DNA of 64,000 bases from the human T2T-CHM13v2.0 reference genome, Homo sapiens. The notes beneath the pieces are model-generated. The model was not told the origin of the DNA and made no database searches. It worked only from the letters and a program-made list of their open reading frames with translations. Below, one piece after another: positions 14,377 to 28,559 of the stretch (positions are counted from its first letter, which is position 1; each line of letters opens with the position of its first letter). Location: assembly GCF_009914755.1 (NCBI RefSeq), contig NC_060928.1; one strand, 5' to 3'. Both the position numbers and the translations under genes were made by a program.

Positions 14377-15137
14377 GATGTAAAATCACTTTGGATATCT
14401 TTACTGAATATGAGCCAGTTCCTTCTGAACTGGTCTTCAATGACTGGAAATATTAGTGAGGGCTTGTGGTATCTCTAGTGGACAACTCAACTGGCAGAGG
14501 GGCTGGGAATCTGATTCTGTGGATGCTATGGTTCTAAGTTATTTGTAAGTAACTAATTACAGTTATGATTCCTTGGGGTAAGGTTTTATGGCTTCTGTCT
14601 TATGTTCCTGATCATTGTTTCCAATGTCAGAGTTCAAAAGCTGGCTCACATCCTAAGACACAATGATATAAGAAGTAGCATTTGTTGAGCCCATTTGCCT
14701 GCTCTGGCCCAGGGTGTCAAAACTGCTTCCAGACTCATGTCTGAAGCTAATCTTGCCAATGGCAAAGTTGCTCCTTAGGCTTTCTCTGGGACTAGGCTTT
14801 CCAATTTTGGACTGCAGGTTTCACTATAAAAAGCATTTTCCATCATGATCCAGCATACACATTTTGTGTAGTAATGCCTACTCTTAAACTTTTTAACGTA
14901 CTGGTTAAGACCCACAACTGAGTTGTGATTCATAGTTTCATAAGATGGCTTGTGGTTGGGACTGGATAAGGCAGAGTCATTTAGTGAGTTCTCAGCATTT
15001 AGGGTAGCATTACCCAGAGCACATTCTATCAGTGAACTGCCTAAATTTTCCATGATCAGACAAATTTGGAGGATTCTAAGACAATCAAGTTGAATAGATT
15101 CTTTTACTGAAGGGCTACTCAGAGCATTTAAGACAAG

Positions 15138-15365
15138 CAGTAGTTAGCAAACTAGTTATATCAAATCACATGGGAAGCATTTAAAACTAGCAAACTAGTT
15201 GCATCAAATGACCTGGGAAGCATTTAAAACTAGACCATTTTGCCTTACCAGACATCCTGAATCAGCCTCTCCAGGACTGAACTTCGGACTCTGTATTTAG
15301 GGAAGTGTATGCAACAAAATGTGCCTAGTGCCCCTGCTGTATGGCCAAGGTTGAGATCCACCATG
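15138..15365. mobile_element. MER5-like hAT MITE with internal 43 bp tandem duplication
   Basis: cagtagttagcaaact...gcatcaaatgacctggg...cctgaatcag resembles MER5. Confidence 0.5.
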
Positions 15366-15952
15366 CACTGTGAATCTGCTAAAAGGATATCAGGGGCACC
15401 ATTCTCCCTTCCGTCTTTTGACGTTGGAGCCCCTCTTTTGGAGATCCTTTCTTGAAATTGGTGGTCTCTGGAATACACTTTCGGTGGTGTTTCTATCAAA
15501 GTTTCCATTGTTTGTTAGAAAGAAGAGGGAGATATATTCATTATTCTAAAATCAACAAAAACTGAGTTTTCTGTAAAATTTCATAAGAGGGACGAGTCAT
15601 CCTCTACCTTTGGCAATTCTGACCTAAATAATAGTGATCAAGAGTTTATTATAAGCTAATATGCAAAATTTCATGAATTATTTTATAGTTCTGTTATGAG
15701 TACACTTCTCTATATCTCCATTGCTATAGATCTTAAACTTGAAGTCCAACTATTGCTATTAATATTAGCCAACACTAACATTGGCCAAGCATGTTTTTAT
15801 CTTATAAGATAATGTGAAAGCGAAATGTACCTCTGGAAACTCAAAACACTTGATTGTTCATAAACAGGTACTATTGATAGTGGCAAGGGCAAGAGAACTT
15901 ACTTTTAATAAACTAATAACCGTGTTAATTATTGAAGTATAAACCAGCCTGA

Positions 15953-16369
<417 letters not shown>

Positions 16370-17447
16370 TAAATGATATGTGGTGGTCTGCATGGTGCCA
16401 GGGATCGTGCAGAGTGGCTATCCAGTTTGTAGTCTACACTTTGGATGAATTTAGTCCATGGGAAAGGCAGATATACTGCAGATGGTTAATATACAACAAT
16501 TGTTGTAGGGAAACTACAAGACAAAGAGAGAAATAGCACTTTATAAAATATCAGCAAATGTTTCTGTGTGTATGTGGGGGTTGCAGTGGGGGTGTATTTT
16601 CTTAAGCTGTGTTACCAAAGTGATTTCTCTGTAAATATATTTGTTTTGACTTAGAGATAAAGCTGAGCTGTAGCATTCAATGTAGAATATTGGGCTCTAA
16701 CTTCCAAGACAGTCAGGAGGAGGATAGAATTGAAAATAAAAATTAAACTTCTCCCTGCTCTGTTTACAACTGGTAATATACTTGAAAAGTAGCAATTTTC
16801 TACAGTACCTTTAAAGGTAATGTTGTCTCTTTAGTTTACTTGCTGGGTCTATTTTCCACATTGGGGGCTGGAGGGAGATGAGAGGGGAGGGTACCATTTA
16901 CTGGGCACTGACTATATGTTCGATGTTTTATTCCCTTCCCCTCATTTCATTCTCAGGGTCATATCCCTAGAAGGTAAGTGTCACTGTATCCACGTCTTAG
17001 ACCTTGGAGGCTGAGGGAGGCTGTGCTTTTCTAAGAACAGCCGGTTACTTAGTATGGCCCAAATTCCAATCCGGATCTGTGGGACTCCAGTCCCTCTTCA
17101 TTTCTCCCCCTATAGCAGGCCTTCTCCATCTTCTCAAATTCTATACCACCTCCACCTCCTCAGCCCAGGTTTTCCTTGTATGAATATATGTAAGATAAAA
17201 CTTGGCTAGTCACAGACACACCTTTAGTGCTGTGTTGTGCTTACTGACTGATTTCTAGTTCTTGATGCACTTGTCTTTCCAACCACAGCATAACTAAAAG
17301 CAAAACAGTGTCATTCTACTTATGCTTTGATCTGGCAAGCAGCAGCTTTATCTATGTTTTGAAAGTAGATAGGTAGAAATTATGTGAACTGAAATTTCTT
17401 AGTATACAATTTCATGATGCTGTCCTTCGTTTGTGGATTTTCAATAG

Positions 17448-17580
17448 TCTTCAGGAGACATATGAAGCAAAAAGGAATGAATTCCTGGGAGAACTGCAGA
17501 AGAAAGAAGAAGAAATGAGACAAATGTTTGTTATGAGAGTGAAGGAGAAAGAAGCTGAACTTAAGGAGGCAGAGAAAGAG
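17448..17580 (+). CDS. SEPTIN11: Septin-11 coding exon 8 (coiled coil)
   Basis: caatag|TCTTC and GAG|gtaagc; 133 nt; [44 protein letters not shown]. Confidence 0.97.
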
Positions 17581-18566
17581 GTAAGCCATCTGTCCTGCTT
17601 CAAGGGAAAGATTTGTAAGAGAGAGATTTTCTAAATACATCACGCTTTAGAGGACTTCATGATGTACTTTCTACATGCATTTTGTCACGAGTGACCTGCC
17701 AACCTGGCCAGGAAAATGGGTCAGATATTCTCATCCCTGTCTTACAGATGATAAACAGGTTATAAAAGTTAAAACTATTTTTGCAGTCACATACCTAGTT
17801 AGCAGCAAAACCGAGACTAAAACTAGATCTTAGGTCTCCAGATCTGATCACATGGCCTGTGTAGCTCTGTGTTTCTTCAATTTACAAGTCTTAAAACATG
17901 AGATTTGGGATTCTGCGACTATTATTATCTTCTTAGTCTATCAGCCAACTCAGCTAGACTTTGGCAGTGTCTGGGGGACAACGATCTGACACAAAGCCTG
18001 CACTCCACATCTGCGCCCGTGCTTCTGCCCTCACGGGGCTTGCACTCCCTGCTTCAGCCTTACCTTAGTCCCCTCCCCTGGCCAGATTAACTGCTTCCTA
18101 GAAGTTAACATAGATTTATACTATAACATTCATCCCATTGTATTTGAGTGTGTGTGTGTGTGTGTGTATGTGTGCTTGTGTGCATAATGTCTATTTCTGC
18201 TGGTCAATAATGAGTATCTGAAGTGTTTGACCAATGTCTCTATATGTTTCTAAGTGAAATCATTTAAATAAATTTCCTCGTTTTCTTGTTTTAATTTATT
18301 TTGTCTAAAAACTACTGAAATTTAGAGGCTATTTAAATAGCTAAGCACTCAAGATGGTTTTGCTGCAGAGAAAGTTGAGCCTTATTTGCTGTTGGCTTCA
18401 AGAACCAAGGGGATGCTGGGTAAAAAATCTAAAATTGTCTAGAATTCCTTCCTTTCCTTTTCTTTTTCATTTTCTTTCTTCTTCCTTTGCTTTTCTTCTT
18501 CCCCTTCCTTCCCTCAAGGGCCAGAAATTTCCCAACACATTATTTAAGTAGCTAATACATAATGCA

Positions 18567-18672
18567 TATATATATATATACACACACACACACATATATA
18601 TACACACACATATACACACATATATACATACACATATATATGTGTATATATATACAAACACATACATATATG
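18567..18672. repeat. (TA)n/(CA)n compound microsatellite
   Basis: seen directly. Confidence 0.9.
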
Positions 18673-18760
18673 TAGTCATTGTATATATTTCTAAGTAAAT
18701 GTTTTTTATACATTTCGAAAAAGGACCAGAGGTAAAGAACCACTTTTACCACTAGGGTGA

Positions 18761-19057
<297 letters not shown>

Positions 19058-19204
19058 GGAATTTTTAGTCCCAAGGAGTTCTAGTGTCACAGGAGTCTGG
19101 GACTCTGAGGGATGCTCTTCAGCATCCCAGCTCAGCTCCTCCAGGAAGTCAGCAAAATGGTACTTTACACCTGTATTAAAGCCAGTGCAGCCACATGACA
19201 CATA

Positions 19205-19506
19205 TTTGTTTGTTTTCTTTTATTTTCTTTTGAGACGGAGTCTCTGTCACCCAGGCTGGAGTGCAGTGGTACGATCTCAGCTCACTGCAACCTCCGCCTC
19301 CCAGGTTCAAGCAATTCTCTGCCTCAGCCTCTTGAGTAGCAGGGATTACAGGCACCCGCCACCACGCCTGGCTAATTTTTGTATTTTTAGTAGAGATGGG
19401 GTTTCACCATCTTGGCCAGGCTGGTCTTGAACTCCTGACCTCGTGATCCACCCACCTCGGCCTCCCAAAGTGCTGAAATTACAGGCGTGAGCCACCGTGC
19501 CTGGCC
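19205..19506 (-). mobile_element. AluS element
   Basis: Alu consensus match, antisense. Confidence 0.93.
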
Positions 19507-19594
19507 ATGTTTTGTTTTTTGAACAGATCCAAAGAACTTTACATCAAAAGGATTTTCATTCCATTCACCAAGCCTGTTTTCTTTTTCTCTCCAG

Positions 19595-19782
19595 CTTCAC
19601 GAGAAGTTTGACCTTCTAAAGCGGACACACCAAGAAGAAAAGAAGAAAGTGGAAGACAAGAAGAAGGAGCTTGAGGAGGAGGTGAACAACTTCCAGAAGA
19701 AGAAAGCAGCGGCTCAGTTACTACAGTCCCAGGCCCAGCAATCTGGGGCCCAGCAAACCAAGAAAGACAAGGATAAGAAAAA
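19595..19782 (+). CDS. SEPTIN11: Septin-11 coding exon 9 (coiled coil; absent from ORF track)
   Basis: ctccag|CTTCAC and AAAAA|gtaagc; 188 nt; [62 protein letters not shown] plus split AA. Confidence 0.96.
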
Positions 19783-22700
19783 GTAAGCAGGTGTCACCCC
19801 CCTGTATCGGGGACCTCTAACAATTTATTCCTCTTGCATGTCTCTACTTTTCCCATTTACAGACTGGAAACTGGTCCTTTACCAGAAAGATAAAAGCAAG
19901 TATTTTCTCTACAGTGCAGGGAAGATGATGAAGGTTTTTAAATTTTTTTAAAAGGTACACAAAGATTAATTTATAAAACTTTACCACAATTGACCAAGCA
20001 ATCAGGCCTGGAGGAACCTGTTGTCTCCAGTAGCATCTTCCACACCAACACTAGGAGTCTCAAAGAAGACAGGTTGATGTCTCTTCAGCACCCTCTGAAG
20101 ACAATTCTCATGACTCTTGATAGAGAGCATCCTAAAATCACAATTGTTAAAATTATTTTCCTATTCTGTGTTGTAAGACTTCGTAAGCCAGTCACTGAAA
20201 GTCTCGTTCCCAAAATGAAACATTTGGAAGAGCTGCTAGTGGCCACTAGTTTCCTCAAAATTCAATATGATGAATTGTTTTATTGTGAAATGGGATCCAA
20301 ATGCCTATCCAGTTGACACCTCTGCCAACCTCAAGCCAAACCTAAACCCATTCATAAAAGGTTTTTTTTAAATAGGGTCTTAATGTCATGTGCCAAAGGG
20401 TCAGATTCTGCTCTTGAGTTGGTCACTTCCTGTGATACTCCAGTAGCAGCTGCCTGAAACCAGTGGGAGATTTAGGCCTCCCTTGACATTCTCCTGTGAT
20501 TTGAAGCTCTCCTTTGAATCATCATAAAGCCTAGTTTTATGTCAATGCTATCGGTTTTGACAGGAAGCACGATGGTAAGAATACCACTAACGAAAACCTT
20601 TGTGGTGTCTCAATGACAAATATGCAGATGCCACCCTCCTTTGTCTAATGTACGGTGCTTTAGGGCAGCTATTTAATATAAAGCAACTCAGAACTTGTTT
20701 CAGGAAGTGTTGCTCTTTCGCCTTACATGCCAAGGTTCTAGGGAAAAAGCTGACCATATGTAAAAACATTGATGCTCAAGCACATAAAGAATTACATTCT
20801 TTAAACATAGAGTACATAGGATCAAGTCTCTGCACAATAATTGAGATGTGTTATAGGGAAAAGTGAGCACAGTGCTATTGTCCACTTAGTCTTGGTGAAT
20901 GTGCAGTAGGCTCACCCCTAAGGAATCTCATGTTGCCTGCAGTAAAAATAAAAATGGACTGCTACAATGACATACTGAGAGAGTTTTAAATCATGCTTTA
21001 CAAACTGACATTCTGAGCTCTGAGACAGCAGAAAATGTATCACCAGAGCAAGGGAGGAGGCAAATGTTCTGAACAATAATTGAAATGGTTGTGATTTTAT
21101 TTGGAGTTGGCACAGATCCAAGTGACCAAAGGAGTTCAAGGCCCAAAATTTAGTTATGCTGGATTAATTCTGAGAGTAACAAGCACATAGATTATAATCT
21201 AAGAAAACCCTTTGTAGCTATGCATGTCGGGAGAGCATCTAACACTAATGGTGATGTTTCCCATGCAGAGACTCAGATTACAGTGACTCTTCCAGTGAAG
21301 ACAGATGAAAGCCATTGGGCATTGTACCTTTGTTAATCCAAGCTAAACTAACCAAGGATATAGGGGTGTGTATGTGTCTGTGTGTGTGTGTTTGTGTGTG
21401 TGTACACATACATCTATAGGTATGAATGAGACAAAAAGCTGCTGACTTACAGCTTAGGAAATGCAAAGTCAAGTTTTTCTTTTCACCCTGAGGCACTCAG
21501 TGCATAAAGGTTCAAGTTTTAAAACTAAGAATGTTTCCAAAAGACCAGCAATGTTAAAAGAGTATTTCGTGTATACTAGACGTGCCTTTAAGCAATAAAA
21601 ATTCCAAGAGCTGATCATTATTGTGCTTCCATTTTAGAAAAGTTTATTTAGTAACAAACTTCCCAGTGTAGGGAGGTTTTTCCTTGCCCTTTTGAACATG
21701 TTAGGTTATTTTCTTCCTATCCTGGGGCCTTACCAATGTGTAATGCTTTCAAAGTTTCTATGAAGCCTGTGTGGATTCTATTTTAGCTTATTTATATATT
21801 CTCATTTATTTTGAAGGATATTATACTTAATTTGGTTCAGAGTAGTCGCCAGGTTTTGCACCTGACAATGGCACATATTTTTTGTATAACTTTTTCTAGG
21901 TCCTTACCCTTTTCCACACTTTACATTTGTACAGTGAAAGCAACTGCCAGTGGAGGCCTGAAATGTCCAAGAAAAAAAAAAATCACACCTCTTACTGCAA
22001 GTGGTAGTGGAGTGTTTTGGTTAGAGGGACCGCAGAAAGACAGTGGCCAGGCTAGACAGAGCAGCACTTTGAAAAGAGCTGGGAAGATGCCTCCTAGCAT
22101 AGCTGGAACAGATGTGGGAGTTGCCATTCAGGAACTGACTTTGTTATAGGTAGAAAATGAAAAGGCAGATGCTTACTTATTTACCTGCTATGCTTCCACC
22201 TCCAAGCCTAACTTAGTTTTTCTAATAGTTTTAAATTCTCTTTTTTCTGTTCTAATGACACGCTCCTTTTTTAATGTAGGTAAGGCTTTATACTTCTCCT
22301 TGACCTGTAGTGGCATGAGAGTGTATAACATTTCCTAAGATGACAGGCAAAGTAGAACTAACCCTGGCACTGCCATTAGCTGGACCCCACCTTCTGCCAT
22401 CTCTGGCCACGAAGTCACTTTCCTTGTTTGCGGCTATACCACAGTGGTGGGACTGCCCAGGGGTAAGTTGGTCAGTGGACAGTGTTCCTCTTTTCTGAAA
22501 ACTGTCTGCACAATTGCCAGCAGGCATTTGCTGGTTAAGATGCAAACAGTTTTAAAATTCGTCATTTTAAAACCATACTTGGCATCTAATAACTACAGTT
22601 TACCCAACCATCCACTCATCTTTTAAAAAAAAATCATTTTGATTCTTGCTAAGGAATAAGGTTGCATGTTTTGCAGTTGCCTAAAATTAGACACGTGGAC

Positions 22701-23308
22701 CGTGGGTTTGGCATTACTTTGTACCTAAAAGAGGGGGAAAGCTCCTGGCATTGCTGTAGCTGTAACCATTCCAGTGATTGTCCTTTTTTTCCCCCTACCC
22801 AACTAGATTAATAGCATGTCCTCCATTCACTATGTAATTTCAATCCCTAAACTGCTTTAGACCTTTTCTTCAAGTCAATTGTACAAAGGCATTTATTGTA
22901 TATTTATTCTCTGACTCCTTCAGCAGCTCAGAAGTGGAAAATGAAGCTCCTATTCAGTACTAATGGGACACCCAAACCTAATAGATAATGGTTTTGTGTT
23001 ATTTGAGAAAACAAAAGCCAAACAGTAAATCCTCCCACTAGACATGCAGTGGTTTCAAGAAGTCACTTGTGAATTCTAAATTACATACAAATGGAAACTA
23101 ACCATATGTCTTTAATTCAGTATTAAATTTTGCTTTGGCTTGTCATGTAGAGTAGCCTTCTCAAATTTTTGGTTTTAATTTCTGTCAATTCCATAATCAT
23201 TGCATGAGCATTCACCATCACTGAATGCTGGTGCTGTCGCTCCTAATTTTCCTTTCTTTTTAATTTATTATTATTTCTAACTTTTTTGTTTTGTTTTTTA
23301 ACTTGCAG

Positions 23309-23324
23309 TGCAAGCTTCACATAA
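23309..23324 (+). CDS. SEPTIN11: Septin-11 canonical last coding exon (NASFT*)
   Basis: long polypyrimidine tract, ttgcag|T GCA AGC TTC ACA TAA; matches the recalled canonical C-terminus KKNASFT. Confidence 0.92.
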
Positions 23325-25581
23325 AGCCTGGCAAGCCAAGGATGTTCCCGCATTCACCTGCTTTTGCAGTAATATCGTATCTCTGCCATGTGTGTTCTTT
23401 AGTTTTATTTTATTTTATTTTATTTTTTTACCCTTCCTCAAACACCAGTAACTATTATTAACTCGTTTTGCTGAATGTTGTTGGGTGGTAGAAAATGATA
23501 GAACAAGGGAATAACCGCGAATGCTCTGTGCAGCTGGACTCTGTTTCCGGAAAGTAAATGATTTGCTTTTTATGCCTGTTCTGAATGGCAGCACGAAGCA
23601 GGCCTGTTACTTGTATGTCGCTTTGGACAGAGGAAAGTGGGGTAAAATGCTACCTGTACGTCTGACATGAAAACTTCTCACCGCCTCAGCAGCTGAACTA
23701 AAAACCTGAATAGCCATGACAAGAGTTTGCATTTTCTTGATGATTCATCTCCATGAGTGCACAATCCCTGAACTCACTGTCTTTTCTCCACACTTGTCCT
23801 AAGCCAAGGTAGATTTGTACGTAGACAGACTGGTGAGCAAGCATTATATTTTATTTTTACCCTTGCATGACATTTTCATTTTAATCAATAACATTATTTG
23901 GCCTGAGCTTGTGGGTCTGTTCAGACTGTCTCCTCTCATGGTTTGAAACTGCATCTGAATGCCTGCCTTCAATCCTGGCCAAGTTGGAGTAGACTGGTAT
24001 GAGAAAACTATGATTAGTTCACATTTACTGGTGCATCCTTGATCCTCTCACAGATAGAGGTCTTAAAGGTTGGATCATGTAACATTGCTTAGTAGAAGAA
24101 TCTTCTTCTAAGGATGATGGGCTTTCTACAGCCTGCTTACCACTAACAGTAAGGAATCTTTCATAAACACACCTCAGTTTGTTCCCAGTGGGCTTAGAGG
24201 GAGGACCTGATGACTGATTCCAGGATACTTGTACTTCTAATAACATTTTTCATGAATCATGAGAAAATTTCCACAGATACTTCCCTTAGAAAATTTGCTA
24301 TAAACTCTGTATCATTGGTAGCACAAATTTGAGCGAGGCCTTGTCAATTTTAAGGTGGAAATAGGAAGGACCACAACATGACCCGTAAGTCAAGAAGGTA
24401 GACATTTCATATCCAGCTTCCTTGCTTAGTCTCCTTTCAGTATTTGGCAATAAAAGAAAGAAGAAATAGAACAGCTGAAGTCTCAAATCATTGTCTGGAA
24501 TTTTCCTCACCTTGGCTAGCTCCACCTGCTCTTTGTCTAAGGCCCTTGCCTCATCAGGGATTAGAACTGGCCCATATGCCAGAACCTGTACTAAATGCCT
24601 AATTTGTATGGAAGAGTGCATATTTAATCTCTTTTCTATACTGCTCCTTTCTGATGCTTATCCTTTCATCTGTGTGATTGTTTTTTCCCCTCTACTAACA
24701 AGATCCTCCCAGCTTTCTCTCTACATGTAGAAAGGATAACATTTCTCATGAACCCACTGCCCCTCTGCATTTTCCTCACTGGTTAGAGATTAAGTAAATA
24801 GGATAGAATATGCTGCGTCTCCCCTGACACACACTTTCTTTTTTGAATGAGCAAGTCTCCATTTTGATTTCAGCAAAGATTTTTTCTCCTTTTCTTTGTC
24901 CTCAACCATACTTAGAGGAAAGAAGGAATGGTCTTCCATGAACTGATTATGCTTAATTAAGCAAAGTAAGGAAATTAGTTTCATGGAAGCCTAAACAAAG
25001 CTGGAATAGAAACTACACACTAGACACAGCAGTAGTCATAGTCTTCACAGGTTTAGGAGCTACTGGACCAACATTCTTGTTTTTGCTTTTGTTTTTTTAA
25101 ATAATTCTAGTCTGGAGCTAACTGTGGAGCAGCCAAATAGTAGCTGGCATGTTGATTCAAACCATGGGCTGAATTTGCTCATAGGCTGTGCATCAGACAA
25201 AAGCTTGAATATTTGTGTTGTATGCTTGTTCCAACCACCGCTTGTGTGAGCATTTTTGTGGCTTGTACAGAAAGTACACTTTTAAATTGTCTCTTGCATC
25301 ACTAAAATTTTTTTAAAATGAGCATAACAACGAAAGGCATCCAGCTGACTTTTTGATTCCAAGATTATTGATTGGATTGACTTTTTTGCATTAAATTTTT
25401 CCCAGCAAAATAAATCATATGGCGAGTCAGGGAATAAAAAGTCAAAAGAAACAAATAGAAGCTTTTTTTTTTAAAAAATGTATTGCTTCTGAACTTTTTT
25501 CTGCCACTGCTCCCTAGCCCTGTTTAGTTTGTTATTGCTGCTTTTCTTTTTTCTTTCTGTATCTATGCCTTTTTTTCACAG

Positions 25582-25606
25582 TAGTCCTTGGCTCTGCACG
25601 GAATAA
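25582..25606 (+). CDS. SEPTIN11: Septin-11 alternative C-terminal exon N(S)PWLCTE*
   Basis: ttttttcacag|TAG|TCCTTGGCTCTGCACGGAATAA; NAGNAG acceptor; the PWLCTE tail is recalled from SEPT6/SEPT11 isoforms. Confidence 0.85.
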
Positions 25607-25803
25607 ATGATACCCTCAAATCTAATTGGATGTGCTTTCGCCTTTGCATGTAAGTACGGTAGTAAGAAACCTTTGAGATCTTTCTGACTTTTCAAAATTA
25701 GAGAAAGCAAATGGGATGGATAGATTTTTTTTTTCTTTTCAAGGGGGGCAGGAAGGTAATGGTTTGAGTAGCCTTTGTTTAAAAAAAAAACTAAATATAT
25801 TTA

Positions 25804-26217
<414 letters not shown>

Positions 26218-27884
26218 TCATGGGCATCATTGGATAGCTCAGAGGGCCCTTGATTCTGGCAAGGCAAATAAAGCCAGAATGAGAAATTACCATCTTCTAC
26301 TAGAGAAAACCAAGAGAAAAATTTTTATGCTAGGATGCCTTTATGACCACTTAATTTTTTAATCTTAGTTTAATGGTCTCTCCCTGGTGCTAACTGCTGA
26401 CAGTGGCCACCTCTTTTTTGGGGGTTGAGGGGCCTACATAACTAGCTGGCCTTACCCCATATCTTTTGTTCAAACATAATACCATCTTTTTGCTTCTTCT
26501 GAACTTTAGATCTCCATAACACATGTACTGTAGAATGTGATGGAAAAGCATTGATGAGAATTTATTGGCAGTTCAGATTGTGTTTTCCCAACTTAGGCTC
26601 TTTATTAATTGGTTAAGGTTTTCTCCAAAAAGGGCATTTCAACAATGGGAATTATTTAATGTAACAGTGGGCACAGATTACTTATCTTCCTTCTCTGCTT
26701 TGTGACTCACCAGCAGTAACACACACAATCCACATCTTGTGCACCTCAAATGAACAGACTTGGTTTCCTTGCTTTCTTGACATTTCCATGACTGTTTCAC
26801 ATACAAACTATTGGGTGAGGTTTTTCAGCTGTTACCGACCCACGTCCTGCTGTCTCTGTGTGGTCCTACAAAAACTGTCCATTCCCACCCCTTTGCTTTG
26901 CCATTTGCAAGAGTCTGGAATTGTCAGGTCTCAGCTTCGAAAAGTCCTGGTTCCACTGACAGGACACATTCTTTAGTGGGAATTAAGACCTACAAAGTCT
27001 AGTTTGTATGTAGGTATGAAGGGAATTTTTTAAATAAATTGAAAAGCTGTGAACAGCATTAGAACTTTGTCTATTTCTTAATTTTAAAATATGCTGATAT
27101 GCCTTAAACTGTAGTTGTAGATCCTTGTCATTTTGCTGTTTGAAAATAACCAATGTGTTTTCTAAAACTGTCGTGTAATCTACTTTCATTGTTAATGCAG
27201 AATTGTCATATATGTAAGCTGCATGTTAGACATTTGTCTTTTTTAAACTAAAGTAATTGTATTGATGTGAAGCATATCATTTTTTCAAATATGAAAGTGA
27301 TCACTTAGCAACATGCTTGGTAATTTGGCATCTGTTAAGGTAGGAGAGTGGTGAACAGATAATCTATGCATATATCACTAGTGCCAAGACATAAAGCGGG
27401 GGAAAATATATTTTTACCCAAACATTATTTGTGTGCCCTTTTTTGTGAGTTCTTTTTAGTCACTGCTTGGTTTGCATATGTACACGTGCTTACTGGATAA
27501 AAGAAATAGGGATAAGAGTCTCATGCTTTCCTGCCTCGTGTGGTAGACTTCAAATGGCTGCCGTCTGGGTTACACCAGTTTCTCAAAGATACGTGCCATG
27601 TGGTGTCCTGTACTTCACATATCATGTTATCACCCTTTTTCCCCCATGCCTGTCCCTGTCCACCCTGCCAATTCATGTGCCTTGGTGCCCAGCTGAGGCA
27701 TCGTCTTCTTCACTGGCCTCCTCTTCCCTGCTGCTGCTCACCCTCCCGTCGAGCTCGAGGAAGTCACCCCATTAACTGACACACTGCTGTTCTTTCACAG
27801 CTTGTTGTAGAGAAGCTCCTTTTCTTTTCTTAAGCCATTAAGAATCAAATTTGAATCTGAACCTTTCTTTTTTCTCTTCTGTAG

Positions 27885-27900
27885 CTTCTTCTTTATGTAA
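27885..27900 (+). CDS. SEPTIN11: Septin-11 alternative C-terminal exon NFFFM*
   Basis: strong pyrimidine tract ctttcttttttctcttctgtag|C TTC TTC TTT ATG TAA; ATTAAA at 28131. Confidence 0.6.
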
Positions 27901-28555
27901 CCATCCTGTTGACAAGCCCTACTCTCTCCTAATGGACATAGAGCATTAGAAGAGCAGGAGCTGTCTGTTCACACGTGTTGGGGAAGAGTTACCTCATTTC
28001 CACCATCGCCTCCTGTTCTTTTAAAGTCTGGGTCAAATATTGCACTGCTGTTTGTACTTGTCAATGTCTGCCCATAGTGGATACTGAAGTGACTTACCAC
28101 TACCAAAAATAGTCATATTCAATAATATTAATTAAAAAGGAAAAAGGAAATTGACTGAAACAGAAAACGTGGGCCAAGACCCAAGGTCTTGTGCTGGGAT
28201 CCCCTTGCTTAGAACTATCATGTTCTTGAAGCTGCTGATCCAAGAACTGATGGACTGAAGACAGCGTGTACCCTAACCTGAGGGGGCCACCACACCCAGG
28301 GCCCACAAACTTGATCTCATGGTAACTCCTGTCCTTTCTGTCCCATGAGCCACATTCTGAACAGCCTGATCAGGATCCTCAACCGTCAGGTCATAAGATC
28401 CGAGCAACATTTTCCTTCCTTTTGTTAGTTTTATGGGTTGTTTTGGTGTTTGGGGTTTTTAAAAAAAAAAAAATCATTTGATATTGCATGAACAGAGATG
28501 GCTGCAATTTTTTTTCTTTGGAGTGTTCTATTGATACAATGTTTTTATTTTTCAG

Positions 28556-28559
28556 CTGA
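28556..28559 (+). CDS. SEPTIN11: Septin-11 alternative distal terminal exon giving KKN*
   Basis: gtttttatttttcag|C TGA completes AAC then stop; a short KKN isoform is recalled for this septin group. Confidence 0.65.

Noticed and set aside
20600-20866. 88 aa ATG ORF in SEPTIN11 intron 9
   Set aside because: No recognisable family; length is within chance expectation
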